A DNA stretch of 64,000 nucleotides, from positions 81,809 to 145,808 of the IMG/VR virus record IMGVR_UViG_3300049846_000568; one strand, written 5' to 3'. Position numbers and translations under genes: made by a program. Origin of the DNA: a virus. Of the stretch, positions 38,036 to 47,730 are shown piece after piece. Each line of letters begins with the position of its first letter. The first letter of the stretch is position 1. The notes beneath the pieces are model-generated. The model did not search any database, was not told the DNA's origin, and was given only the letters and a program-made list of their open reading frames with translations.

Positions 38036-39703
38036 CTATGCTCCTGGTCCTACTTCAACGGTGAAGAACAGCTCTCGAACGCCAAAGTATGGAGTTAGGG
38101 AGAGTGTAACGATCACAGTCTGCTCCGGATCGATCTGTGGTGGGCGTCTGGAGATGTCAAGCTGGTATCCCCTAATCTGTCCACCCGTCACAAGAAGCTG
38201 TAGCATCTCTTCTACTTGCCGCTTAAATGTGCCGTACTGAATAGTGCCAATCACACTGTTGCCAAGTAGCTTGATTTCGTGGATTACCCTACCAACCATA
38301 CGCATAGACACTACAGACCAAAAATCACTTCCTTCTGCGCTGAATAGGTTATCTGTTGCAACGACAGTATTGTAGGGTTCGCCGCGCTTGCCCCTTTGTC
38401 TGCGAACGACAGAATTGATTCGGCATTGGGCCAACTCCTGAATCTGTTCGTATGACAAGTCCTTACCGATCGGATTTACCGCATTAGGGATTGTCAAGTA
38501 CGTAAAGCCGCGGTTAAGCTGCTGCGCGGAAAGGATGCCAGCAACCGCCGAAACTACGGAGTTGGTGTATGTAAGCGGGGCCTGGGGGAGGGTGAATGTA
38601 GCCTCTCCAAATATGATCATTCCAAACTTATATGGAAGGCTGTCTGCGGCTTCGTCTTCCCTTGTTGGGTAGTTGGTGTCGTATCCGTCATAGGTAGTCC
38701 AAGGAGAATCGAAATCAATTGGATCGCCATAGGCTGCTGCGTCTCCAGTTAAAGCAGCGACGTGATCTAAGAAGTCCTGCCTCGTAAATCCGCCCAAGCT
38801 AAGTACTAGGGGTGTATTCTTCATCTCTTCTAAATCATCTTCTGTCCATGGACCCATCTGTGTGCCAAGAAGGCCAATGGACACAAAACCGGTGTTAACA
38901 AAGCGGTCGTAGCAATTCCAAATAAGATCCTCAAAGAAATCCACACCATCAGTATCGTGATAGGCGGCTTCTACTAGAACAAGGAGTTCGATGTTCTCCC
39001 AATCAAGAAGCGCATCATATGTGACCCTAAGGCGTTCACGGTATCTACCGTACCAGTTAAGCCCGCCCCAAATATCGCGCTGTTCTAATCTGGCTGTTCG
39101 ATCAGTACCGTTAAAGGGGATGTACTCACTCATCGGGGCTGCCGCCACAAGCCAGATATCCCTGGCCCCCGCATTATAGGCTTCAAGCATGGCGCGAATC
39201 AGCGGACACGCCGCATCGCCACCAAGGGCATTGACTGCCTCCTTGACGTTCGTGACCTGGAACGGAGAGTTTATACCGATACCGTCGCCATGCCCCACAA
39301 GAAAGATCGTGTCGGTAAGACCAATACCCATAACATCGTAACGATGGGATTCACGAATCTTGCCATAAACACGGGGAGGATCGATAAGCGAGTTTGGCTC
39401 TACGTCTGGCTCTGCAAGCTGGAACACCTCTGTCTGCTGAATGGTGTCGCCACTAACAGTAGCGTCCCAAACCACGGTATAGTTTGAGGGAACCAAGAAA
39501 GCGTCGATTGTAATCGAGATTGAATACTGTCCAGTACCAAGCCTTGTAACTTCCCCTTCAGAATATACATACGGTCCATAGACGGTATCGCTGAAGTTTC
39601 GGGTAACTCTAACTGTCACCTCATCTGGATCATATAGGGTGCCAGTATAGTCATACCACGTTGAATAGAATGTACCTGTGTCAGAATTGTAAAGTACTTC
39701 CAT
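38036..39703 (-). CDS. Second sheath-like protein with N-terminal Ig-like domain
   Basis: Start taken at ATG 39703 (TAATG overlap) rather than 39739. LIRAMLEAYNAGARDI parallels IVRGYLEAVAGGATRI of the sheath; C-terminal LTPYFGVREL parallels LTPAFELRNI. Confidence 0.7.
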   Translation of the reverse strand: MEVLYNSDTGTFYSTWYDYTGTLYDPDEVTVRVTRNFSDTVYGPYVYSEGEVTRLGTGQYSISITIDAFLVPSNYTVVWDATVSGDTIQQTEVFQLAEPDVEPNSLIDPPRVYGKIRESHRYDVMGIGLTDTIFLVGHGDGIGINSPFQVTNVKEAVNALGGDAACPLIRAMLEAYNAGARDIWLVAAAPMSEYIPFNGTDRTARLEQRDIWGGLNWYGRYRERLRVTYDALLDWENIELLVLVEAAYHDTDGVDFFEDLIWNCYDRFVNTGFVSIGLLGTQMGPWTEDDLEEMKNTPLVLSLGGFTRQDFLDHVAALTGDAAAYGDPIDFDSPWTTYDGYDTNYPTREDEAADSLPYKFGMIIFGEATFTLPQAPLTYTNSVVSAVAGILSAQQLNRGFTYLTIPNAVNPIGKDLSYEQIQELAQCRINSVVRRQRGKRGEPYNTVVATDNLFSAEGSDFWSVVSMRMVGRVIHEIKLLGNSVIGTIQYGTFKRQVEEMLQLLVTGGQIRGYQLDISRRPPQIDPEQTVIVTLSLTPYFGVRELFFTVEVGPGA

Positions 39704-40092
39704 TACGTAGGCCTTTCCTGGGATACGCCACAAACCCAAAACTCAATACGCCCACCACGACCCCTCATAGGGATAGACTTGTCGATCAAAAAGGTAGACA
39801 TGCTGTTTGGGTACAAGTCAATGTTCTCGTAGATGCGGTCACCAGATGCCGGATTCGAATCCCACTTAAAGAAGTAGATCATCTCAGAATCGTGAACAAT
39901 GCCTTCAGACATTTCAATAGCAAGATTGGCGAGCAGACGACTACTTGGGTGCATATGCCTTACGGTGTGGCGCTCCAGCCGACGAGTGTATGACGGTGTG
40001 GCGCTTGCGTACTCATTCTCGCGGCGCTGCAGGATGATGTTGTGACCGTATCTCCTAAGCGTTGCCTCAAAGCTATTACGAAGGTTCGCCAT
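39703..40092 (-). CDS. Head closure / head-tail connector protein
   Basis: 129 aa; LRRYGHNIILQR, YFFKWD..P..GDRIYE, RGRGGRIEF; neck-gene position. Confidence 0.65.
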   Translation of the reverse strand: MANLRNSFEATLRRYGHNIILQRRENEYASATPSYTRRLERHTVRHMHPSSRLLANLAIEMSEGIVHDSEMIYFFKWDSNPASGDRIYENIDLYPNSMSTFLIDKSIPMRGRGGRIEFWVCGVSQERPT

Positions 40093-40918
40093 CTAGCAGT
40101 CCTTGCTTATGGGGTTCGTATTTCTCGTATTCATCATCTCTACGCAGCTTGCGGATAGGAATAGGGTTGTCGTAGTTTGAACCATGAACAAAAGCCCTTG
40201 AAGAAGAAGCCTTATAGATAACTTCCTTCCTCAACGCCGCTGCTAGTTCGCACCAGGTTGTAGCGTTGCCGCGGTTGGTAGATGACTTCGGGAAGGAACG
40301 ATATGTGACAGAGAAATCACCAAGAGCAATAGACTGCTCATTGCCGTCCCCAAGCTCAAAGACCCGGCTCAACTCACACGCTGCTGCTGCCTTAATGTAG
40401 TCTAGTGCTGTTGGATCTGTTGGGCATTCACCGTCACCCAACTTCAGTATCGTGTTAAGTTCGGATGATGCGCGCCAAATAGCCTCTGCGATGTCAAGCT
40501 CTGTGGCGTCGGGGAAAATAGCTACAAGCTCATCCGGGTTAACGCACAGTGGGGTAATCACGCCAGCCATTGATACTGTCTCATCGGCCAATAGAGTTTC
40601 TGCTGTTGTGGTCGAATCGACACTGGGGTCAATGACCGTAAAGTCGTCCGTAACGACATCACTACTACCATCACCGAAGACGCCAACGAACTCAACGAAA
40701 AAGTCGCCCGCTGCTGTTGGTGTCCAGTCGTAATAGTATACGCCATCAGATTCTTTTGTTGGGGTGCCAGACGCTACAGTTGTAGGGCTTGCGGCCATAT
40801 CGACAATACGAAATGTCACCGTTACCGGATCCTCTACAGAGGATGTGCCAGTACCACTATCCCAAGAGTAGAATGTAACCCTAATTCTGATTGTATCGCC
40901 CACGTAAGCTGTCGACAT
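40076..40918 (-). CDS. Head-tail adaptor with N-terminal Ig-like domain
   Basis: N-terminal beta sandwich (GVYYYDWTP..GDF); C-terminal adaptor-like helices with 'SIALGDFSVTY'. Confidence 0.6.
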   Translation of the reverse strand: MSTAYVGDTIRIRVTFYSWDSGTGTSSVEDPVTVTFRIVDMAASPTTVASGTPTKESDGVYYYDWTPTAAGDFFVEFVGVFGDGSSDVVTDDFTVIDPSVDSTTTAETLLADETVSMAGVITPLCVNPDELVAIFPDATELDIAEAIWRASSELNTILKLGDGECPTDPTALDYIKAAAACELSRVFELGDGNEQSIALGDFSVTYRSFPKSSTNRGNATTWCELAAALRKEVIYKASSSRAFVHGSNYDNPIPIRKLRRDDEYEKYEPHKQGLLDGEPS

Positions 40919-40928
40919 AAAAGCTCCA

Positions 40929-41711
40929 CTATTCGATTTCTAGAGTAGAAATGTGAAGGGGATCAACGATAATCTGCCCGCGACGAGGTGATGTAGACAT
41001 TGAGCCACTGCGCTTGTTCGTCTCAGTAGACCCTTCTCTTGTAAGTATAGTAATCCGACCAGCCCTAATATCGTTATCTAATGCTGCAGAATAGTGAATT
41101 AGGTGTATAACTGGGACGTTGTGAACCATTTGTGCGGAGGCCAAAATAGCCTCAAGATTAAGCGATGTTTCCAGATCGGGAGCAAAAGCTAATGCATCTG
41201 CGCTTAAAAGCCCCGGGAATACACCCGCACCCGCACCAACCAATGGGGTAGAGAACTCGGCGTTTAGGTCTGCGACCACTGCGGTCAAGATCTTAGAAAT
41301 GGACAGGTCTACTGCAAACGCCTGGGCGGAAGCCGACATAGACAGTGGATCGATCCCAATACCCAAAGCAGTTGATGGGTCATATGCACCAGCAGTTGCA
41401 TCGGACAGGTTGCTGGCTATCACAATGCCAATTGACAAACTCGGCACAGCTGCGGAGCCTGTAGCTAGCATGTAGGACGGCAAAAGGGTTAGCCCGATCG
41501 ACAAAGATGGACTAACCCCGTCACCAGTAGCTGTAGCTGTAACGGCAGCTAAATTCTGCTGCCACGTATAAGTAACGTTAGGGTCTAGAGCTAATGCCGT
41601 TGCCACCATTACTGGAGACGCAGCGGTAATGTCGGAACCGCCACCTATGGCGTCGACAACATATCTATCACCATACGTTAAGGTTGCATAAGGTCCCCGT
41701 CCGTATGGCAT
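40929..41711 (-). CDS. Hypothetical virion protein with degenerate ~22-aa Ala-rich beta repeats
   Basis: 260 aa; recurring A-x-A-x-A-x-x-P-x-L periodicity. Confidence 0.55.
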   Translation of the reverse strand: MPYGRGPYATLTYGDRYVVDAIGGGSDITAASPVMVATALALDPNVTYTWQQNLAAVTATATGDGVSPSLSIGLTLLPSYMLATGSAAVPSLSIGIVIASNLSDATAGAYDPSTALGIGIDPLSMSASAQAFAVDLSISKILTAVVADLNAEFSTPLVGAGAGVFPGLLSADALAFAPDLETSLNLEAILASAQMVHNVPVIHLIHYSAALDNDIRAGRITILTREGSTETNKRSGSMSTSPRRGQIIVDPLHISTLEIE

Positions 41712-41717
41712 AGATGG

Positions 41718-42272
41718 TTATCCCCTCTTTGTTAGCGTAACATATATATCTGTGACTACATTGATGTAGTGCTTAATAGCAAAGGAGCGAGCTTCTTCAC
41801 TCCTATTTTGCCACGCCGGATCGAGTGCATATCCATAAACAAAATCGAAATCAGACTTGATCGGATAGTGGTCGAGCCCATTCGTAGTGCGCCATTCCTT
41901 ATTGTAGTAAAGGAAACTAGCCTCCGAAATAGCCCTAACATGTGTTGGATCTTGCCAAGCACGGATCGAGCTGTAATATGGGGCCACCACAGACATCTTG
42001 CCACCTGGCTTCAAAGTTCTGTGAACCTCATCCATAAATGCCATAAGATCGGCTACGTGTTCGATAAAGTGCGAACACTCAAATTCATCAACAGAATCAT
42101 CTTCAAATGGCCATGGGTAGACGTTCAAGTCATGAACTATATCTACTCCCTCCATTTCAGATATGTCTATACCAAGAAAACCTTCTGGCTTCCTCTGACC
42201 ACAAGCCAACGATACTCTAACTGGCTCTTCTACGACTTCTTCACTACCAGACGATGTCGTTGTCTGCGTCAT
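41718..42272 (-). CDS. Class I SAM-dependent methyltransferase (copy A)
   Basis: LACG motif I, GIDI, HDLN..PWPFEDDSVD, SHFIEH, RTLKPGG, DPTH. Confidence 0.9.
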   Translation of the reverse strand: MTQTTTSSGSEEVVEEPVRVSLACGQRKPEGFLGIDISEMEGVDIVHDLNVYPWPFEDDSVDEFECSHFIEHVADLMAFMDEVHRTLKPGGKMSVVAPYYSSIRAWQDPTHVRAISEASFLYYNKEWRTTNGLDHYPIKSDFDFVYGYALDPAWQNRSEEARSFAIKHYINVVTDIYVTLTKRG

Positions 42273-42963
42273 AATGACCTACCTTCACTCTCGTATCACA
42301 TGCGAACCTGTAACCGAACTTAGCGGCGTTCTCGAAGAAATAGAGATCTTGGGTATACGCCCTCGTTCCCACCCCTGGACTATATGACTGCTCAGTTCTA
42401 AACCACGGTCGCGGAATTCTTTCATCCTTAAACATATCAAGCTTGAAAAGCGTAAAGCCCATTCCAAGCCCATTGCACTCTTGAATTGTGTCTGCCTGAG
42501 GCACCTGTGGCATGAAGTTCTTAGGCATGGCTTTTGGGTCTCCATAAATCATTGGCTGACCCTCCTCACCCTTGGTCCAATAAATTCCGCCAATAGCATC
42601 GTATTGGTCCATGTTCTCGTACAGCCTTAAAAGGCCATCTGGTGGAGGCATGTTGTCTTCCTCTAGTGTGAGGATGTACTTCCAATCTGAAAGGCCAGGC
42701 GTGTTGATGATCTGCTCAATAGCGCTAGAATAAGCTGAACCCACTTCCATGCCAATCATGAATATGCGAGTAAAGCGGTTATTCATGGGTGTCATTAGGG
42801 CCATCCAAGACTGAACGACCTTGGCGTGAATATGCCCTCTGGTCGGGACGAGACAAATAGTGGAAAGATCCCTATATGCCTGCCCCTTCTCTAGGCGCTC
42901 TAATGAGGCTGGATCCGTGTTATGTCTGCCTTCTAGATTCTCAATTACAATCTGAGGTTTCAT
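42244..42963 (-). CDS. GT-A fold (family 2-like) glycosyltransferase (copy A)
   Basis: LVPTRG, YILTLEED (DxD-like), GLGMGFTLF, QDLYF, VKVGH. Confidence 0.8.
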   Translation of the reverse strand: MKPQIVIENLEGRHNTDPASLERLEKGQAYRDLSTICLVPTRGHIHAKVVQSWMALMTPMNNRFTRIFMIGMEVGSAYSSAIEQIINTPGLSDWKYILTLEEDNMPPPDGLLRLYENMDQYDAIGGIYWTKGEEGQPMIYGDPKAMPKNFMPQVPQADTIQECNGLGMGFTLFKLDMFKDERIPRPWFRTEQSYSPGVGTRAYTQDLYFFENAAKFGYRFACDTRVKVGHYDADNDIVW

Positions 42964-42996
42964 ATACAGTTTCCCATTAGACGATATAACGTCTAC

Positions 42997-43005
42997 ATTA
43001 TATCA
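42997..43005 (-). promoter_or_regulatory. Extended -10 promoter TGaTATAAT upstream of GT copy A, followed by a TAGACG/CGTCTA hairpin
   Basis: Perfect TATAAT with TGn extension 33 nt before the GT ATG; conserved in copy B. Confidence 0.7.
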
Positions 43006-46000
43006 CTATGAAATGCTCGACGCCATGATGTTGTAGTAGGGGATGGCGTTGGAGGCGTAGGACCGGATGTCTCGGAAGTCCACGTTGTTCGGTGGGGCGG
43101 CCGACTGCACCGAGAACACGCCATGCCCCGGGTTGTATTGCGAGCCCGAGGATGCCGCCGTCACGCCGAAGGGGCGGTGGTTGTACGACGACGAGTTGTA
43201 GATGCCATAGGCCGTGAGCGCGGGGAGCACCGGGTTCAACGTCGATCCCGCAGCCGTGTGAGCGGTGACCCAGGCGTGCGCCAGCCAGTAGTTGCCCGGC
43301 GTGATCTGTGCCGTGATCGGGATAGGCATCATCACCGCACCCGAGAGGATGTTGTAGATGCTCGCCAGGGCCGACGTGAAGAACGACGTACCGACCGACG
43401 AACCGGCCGAACTGGTGGCGTGGGTCCCCTGGATGGTGGCGATGGTCGAGTTGCCCGAGATGTCCACCTGACTCGGGTATCGGAGGTCTACCTGGCGCGA
43501 GGCGGTGACCTGCGTGGCGTTGCTGAGGCTGATCCCGACCGAGTGCGAGACCGAGATGGGGAAGGTGGCCGCCCACATCGACTCCAGCCGAGTGTTGTTG
43601 GTCCCAGTGCCTCGGGAGTAGAGGGCGATGATCCGAGACATGATGAAGGACTGACTCGCCCCGCCAGTGGTGTTGGAGGCGTACACCGTGCCGGTGCTTC
43701 CCTGGAGGACGGTCTGCGAGGTGCCGCCCATCGTGTGCAGGACGTTGAGGCGGCCCGGCCCGACGTAGGCGGGGACCTGCATCGGCTGGAAGTACCACGA
43801 CGACACGCCCATAGCGAACGTGGTCGAGCCGGACTGGAGCGGAGGGATCGGCTCGAAGAAGTCGAAGTCCGGTCCGGCGTGGATTGATAGTGTTCCATTA
43901 GAGCCGTTGATTGATTGACTTAATGTAACGTTTGACCCACCAACAAATACATATTGAGCACCGGCGCCATCTAGCGTGCCGGTCGTTCCAGCAGTATTGC
44001 CGCCAGTTGAAACACCAACGTTAATTGGGTTGAAAGAGGCCGTAAGAGTACCGGCATTCAAGCCAAAGGTGATGTTGTTACCGTTGGCGAATGAGACACC
44101 ACTGAGAACAATGGTATTGCTATTACCTGAAAGGGTTATGTTGTTGCCGCCCGAAAGATATAGGGCACTTCCCTGTAAACTTCCTGTTGTTCCAGAAGTA
44201 TTATTCCCCTCCAGTTCCCACGACTGGACATATTTGCTTGCCTGATCAGTTCCAAGATATGAAGTATTGACGCTAGCTGTTATCTGGCTACTATTGCTCA
44301 TTCCAAAAGTTACACCATTGCTATCCGCAAACTTAACACTTGTAGATGCACCAGCAGTTTGAGTACCGGCAGCTAGAATGTTATATCCATCTCCTGATCC
44401 TGGTGGAAGCGAACCAGAAATGATGATCTCTCCACCAGAATTGCCAATGCTGATAACACCAGCACCTCGAAGAGTAAGAGAGCGCGCATCATACGTTGAA
44501 GAAGATGACTGTCCTGTTGTCTGTGATGAGCCATAAATACCAATTGTCTGATTAGTCTGAGCGACAGTATTAGGTCCCGAGATTGTAACGGTAGCTAACT
44601 GACCTGCTGCGGTAGACTGTGAAAGTGTAATGTTGTTGCCACCAGCAAGCACCAGACGAGACTGAACAACGCCAGTATCTCCAAGCGTATTACCACCACT
44701 GCTGACACCATAAGCCTGAGACAACATCGACACAACGACCGTTGCCCCATCTGTGGCTGTTGCCTGAGAGAGTCTTACGCCGTTGCCACCCTGGAACACG
44801 ATTGGAACTCCAGAAGTGGTACCAGTATTACCGGAGGTATTGCCGCCAGTACTTACACCAGCAGAAGGTACAAGACCCTGCGTCTGCACACTCTGAGCTG
44901 CAACGCTGACGGATATACCATTAGAGGCGATGGTGCCATTTGCGTTTGTTCCCGCAAATGCAGCTGTGGCCTGCACAAAGTCAGTGCCCCTGTTGGACGC
45001 CATGGCGGTGGTAATGGCGTTGGGTGCAGAGAGGTGGATCTTACCGTCATTACTCATATTAACGGTCAGGGACCCAGCCACGTCAAACGATAGGGACCTA
45101 GCGTCTGCGGTGCCGCTAGATGTACCAGCAGTATTCCCGGCTCCGTATAATCCTACCGTCTGTGCAGATTGTGCCGCTACGGATACCGAGATGTTGTTTG
45201 AGGCGATAGTGCCAGAAGCGTTTGTACCGTTGAAGTTGGCGTTGGCTTGAACAAAGTCCGTACCGCGATTAGAAGCCATGGCCGTTGTAAGCGCATTAGG
45301 GGCGGAGATGTTCACTTTACCGTTTGTAGCGTCTAGAGTAAGGGAGCCGCCAACTATATTGAACGAAAGCGACCGAGCATCGGCTGTACCCGTACTTGTC
45401 CCAGAAGTCTGCCCTGAGACGTAGAGACCTAGTGACTGATTAGTTTGAGCCGCTGCAGATACCGAGATACCGTTAGACGCAATGGTGCCTGCAGCGTTTG
45501 TGCCCGCGAATGCTGCAGTAGCCTGAACAAAGTCAGAACCACGGTTTGAAGCCATGGCTGTCGTAAGGGCATTGGGTACGGAAAGATTTACCTTACCGTT
45601 TGTAACATCGACCGTAATTGAACCCTGGGCATTAAACGTTAATGAGCGAGCATCAGCCGTAGCAGTGGACGTGCCAGAGGTATTGCCAGACGCATAAAGG
45701 CCAACACTCTGATTACTCTGATTGCTCACGGACACAGAAAGGCCGTTTGAGGCTATAGTACCTGATGCGTTTGTTCCCGCAAAAGCTGCTGTAGCCTGTA
45801 CAAAGTCGCTTCCGCGATTAGAAGCCATCGCGGTTGTAATGGCATTAGGAACAGACAGACGGATTGTGCCGCCACTCATGTCTGCTGTGATGGACCCGGC
45901 AGCTGATACCGATAGAGATCTTGCATCAACCGTCGCTGTTGATGTGCCAGACGTATTACCTAAACCATAGAGACCTACTGACTGGTTTGTCTGAGCCGGA

Positions 46001-47265
46001 ACGGAGACAGAAATGCCGCTCGATGCGATGGTACCATTCGCATTTGTCCCGGCGAAAGCCGCATTAGCTTGAACGAAGTCAGAGCCCCGGTTTGAGGCCA
46101 TAGCCGTCGTTATGGCGTTGGGTGCGGAAATGTTCACCTTACCATTTGTTGCATCGAGTGTAAGCGATCCACCAACAACATTAAATGAGAGCGACCTAGC
46201 ATCTGCTGTACCAGTGCTTGTTCCAGATGTCTGACCCGAAACATACAAGCCTACAGACTGATTGGTTTGAGCTGGAACGGAAACGGAAACACCATTAGAA
46301 GCTATAGTTCCATTAGCATTGGTGCCAGCAAAAGCAGCTGTGGCTGCAACAAAATCTGATCCCCTATTCGAGGCCATGGCTGTAGTGATAGCGTTGGGGA
46401 CAGATAAGTTAAGGCGACCATTTGTGATATCTGCAGTAATAGAACCAGCGACACTTACGGTGAACGACCGAGCATCAAGTGTGCCAGAGGAGGTGCCGGA
46501 TGTATTTCCTGCGGCGTAGAGCCCTACGGTTTGGTTGGTCTGCGCCGGAACGCTAGGCACAGTGTAAGAACCGACCATAGAACCGTTGCTCGTATAGAAC
46601 GACATGCCGTTAAGGTTGCCGAACGTTGCCGTCTGAAAAGTAAATGACCCATTAGATCCAGAAAGAGCCTGATTGCTCTGACTTGTCAGGGCGTTGTGGC
46701 TGGCCGTAAGTGTCGAGTTGTTGCCGCCAAACGTAATACCATTCGCGTTGCCGAATGAGATGTCTCCAGTAGAACCCTGAACAGAGACCATGTTCTGCGT
46801 CTGCACCGTCTGGGCTGCAGTGGTGGGACCGCTAATCGTGATAGCGTTACCATTCTGAGAAATGGTCACATTATTACCACCAGCGATCGTCATCGTACCA
46901 GATGAGATATTTGCGGTGGCGCCTGCCGTATTACCGCTAATCACTGCGGCTGTAAGGTTGATGAAGTCATTAACGGTAGGAGCGTGGTCCCATGTTGCTC
47001 CACCGGCCCAAGAAACGGCAGAAGCGCCTTCTTGGGCGCGCAAAACTGCACCAGTGCTATTTCCAGATGTGTAGCCGGTCATGTAAATGACCTCGCTATC
47101 CGAAACGGCGTTGGTGTTAATTAGCTGAATGGCAATATACTGATCTGCTGTAAGCGTAGGGAAAGCAGGTACGGCACCGAACGAGATCGCCGTTGCACTA
47201 GACGCCATTGCGGAGGCGATAGTGCCCTGCTGGAAATTAACCCTAACAGGATAAAGCGCAGCCAT
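43006..47265 (-). CDS. Ser/Thr/Gly/Asn-rich repetitive fibre protein A
   Basis: 1419 aa. N-terminal fibre-attachment-like domain (EVIYMTG...RAQEG), six ~90-aa repeats, and a C-terminal globular tip paralogous to fibre B. Confidence 0.75.
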   Translation of the reverse strand: MAALYPVRVNFQQGTIASAMASSATAISFGAVPAFPTLTADQYIAIQLINTNAVSDSEVIYMTGYTSGNSTGAVLRAQEGASAVSWAGGATWDHAPTVNDFINLTAAVISGNTAGATANISSGTMTIAGGNNVTISQNGNAITISGPTTAAQTVQTQNMVSVQGSTGDISFGNANGITFGGNNSTLTASHNALTSQSNQALSGSNGSFTFQTATFGNLNGMSFYTSNGSMVGSYTVPSVPAQTNQTVGLYAAGNTSGTSSGTLDARSFTVSVAGSITADITNGRLNLSVPNAITTAMASNRGSDFVAATAAFAGTNANGTIASNGVSVSVPAQTNQSVGLYVSGQTSGTSTGTADARSLSFNVVGGSLTLDATNGKVNISAPNAITTAMASNRGSDFVQANAAFAGTNANGTIASSGISVSVPAQTNQSVGLYGLGNTSGTSTATVDARSLSVSAAGSITADMSGGTIRLSVPNAITTAMASNRGSDFVQATAAFAGTNASGTIASNGLSVSVSNQSNQSVGLYASGNTSGTSTATADARSLTFNAQGSITVDVTNGKVNLSVPNALTTAMASNRGSDFVQATAAFAGTNAAGTIASNGISVSAAAQTNQSLGLYVSGQTSGTSTGTADARSLSFNIVGGSLTLDATNGKVNISAPNALTTAMASNRGTDFVQANANFNGTNASGTIASNNISVSVAAQSAQTVGLYGAGNTAGTSSGTADARSLSFDVAGSLTVNMSNDGKIHLSAPNAITTAMASNRGTDFVQATAAFAGTNANGTIASNGISVSVAAQSVQTQGLVPSAGVSTGGNTSGNTGTTSGVPIVFQGGNGVRLSQATATDGATVVVSMLSQAYGVSSGGNTLGDTGVVQSRLVLAGGNNITLSQSTAAGQLATVTISGPNTVAQTNQTIGIYGSSQTTGQSSSSTYDARSLTLRGAGVISIGNSGGEIIISGSLPPGSGDGYNILAAGTQTAGASTSVKFADSNGVTFGMSNSSQITASVNTSYLGTDQASKYVQSWELEGNNTSGTTGSLQGSALYLSGGNNITLSGNSNTIVLSGVSFANGNNITFGLNAGTLTASFNPINVGVSTGGNTAGTTGTLDGAGAQYVFVGGSNVTLSQSINGSNGTLSIHAGPDFDFFEPIPPLQSGSTTFAMGVSSWYFQPMQVPAYVGPGRLNVLHTMGGTSQTVLQGSTGTVYASNTTGGASQSFIMSRIIALYSRGTGTNNTRLESMWAATFPISVSHSVGISLSNATQVTASRQVDLRYPSQVDISGNSTIATIQGTHATSSAGSSVGTSFFTSALASIYNILSGAVMMPIPITAQITPGNYWLAHAWVTAHTAAGSTLNPVLPALTAYGIYNSSSYNHRPFGVTAASSGSQYNPGHGVFSVQSAAPPNNVDFRDIRSYASNAIPYYNIMASSIS
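44890..46545 (-). repeat. Six tandem ~270-nt coding repeats (…DARSL…PNAITTAMASNRGSDFV…)
   Basis: Six TAMASNRG cores counted in the translation; DNA copies diverge at third codon positions. Boundaries approximate. Confidence 0.9.
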
Positions 47266-47279
47266 GCGCTACCTCCGTA

Positions 47280-47720
47280 CTAAGAAACTGTGATTTGGAA
47301 GATACCACTAGCATTCCAAGTAATCTGGAAAGTGCCAGAAACCGTCGACATATCAGTACCAAAATCAACATAGCCCAATAACGGTCTTGTTGCATCGGTC
47401 GCTGGTGTGCGGTCATAAATTACTGCATAACGGGCAGTCACTGTCGATGTCGTCCAAGAAACATCATCGGCGTCCATAGTGATAAGATTGCTAGCACCGG
47501 TATATGTAATGGTCTTAGTGCTCAATGAAGATCCATTAGCCGTATAGCCAGTTCCAGATGCCTCATTGGCAACGACGTCATCCCAGTAATCGTGGGCGTC
47601 CTGATCCGGTGTATATGATGAGGTGACTAGCGCAACCCTGATATCATCAGAGTCCCAGTCGATTTCCTTGTTAAGAGCCTTCTTTAAGAAGGACCCATAC
47701 ATCTTTGCGCTGATTGCCAT
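47280..47720 (-). CDS. Small conserved phage structural protein (fibre/collar adaptor-like)
   Basis: IDWDSDDIRVALVTSSYTP, GTGYTANG, DADDVSW, ARYAVIY, YVDFG pattern commonly seen upstream of phage fibre genes. Confidence 0.65.
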   Translation of the reverse strand: MAISAKMYGSFLKKALNKEIDWDSDDIRVALVTSSYTPDQDAHDYWDDVVANEASGTGYTANGSSLSTKTITYTGASNLITMDADDVSWTTSTVTARYAVIYDRTPATDATRPLLGYVDFGTDMSTVSGTFQITWNASGIFQITVS

Positions 47721-47730
47721 TTAATCCTCA

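Noticed and set aside
39704-39739. Upstream TTG start for the second sheath-like gene
   Set aside because: ATG at 39703 forms the TAATG overlap typical of this operon.
42998-43898. Long alternative-frame ORFs (266 aa, 254 aa, 136 aa) over the fibre A tip
   Set aside because: By-products of the locally high GC3, which depletes stop codons; the fibre frame is validated by homology to fibre B.
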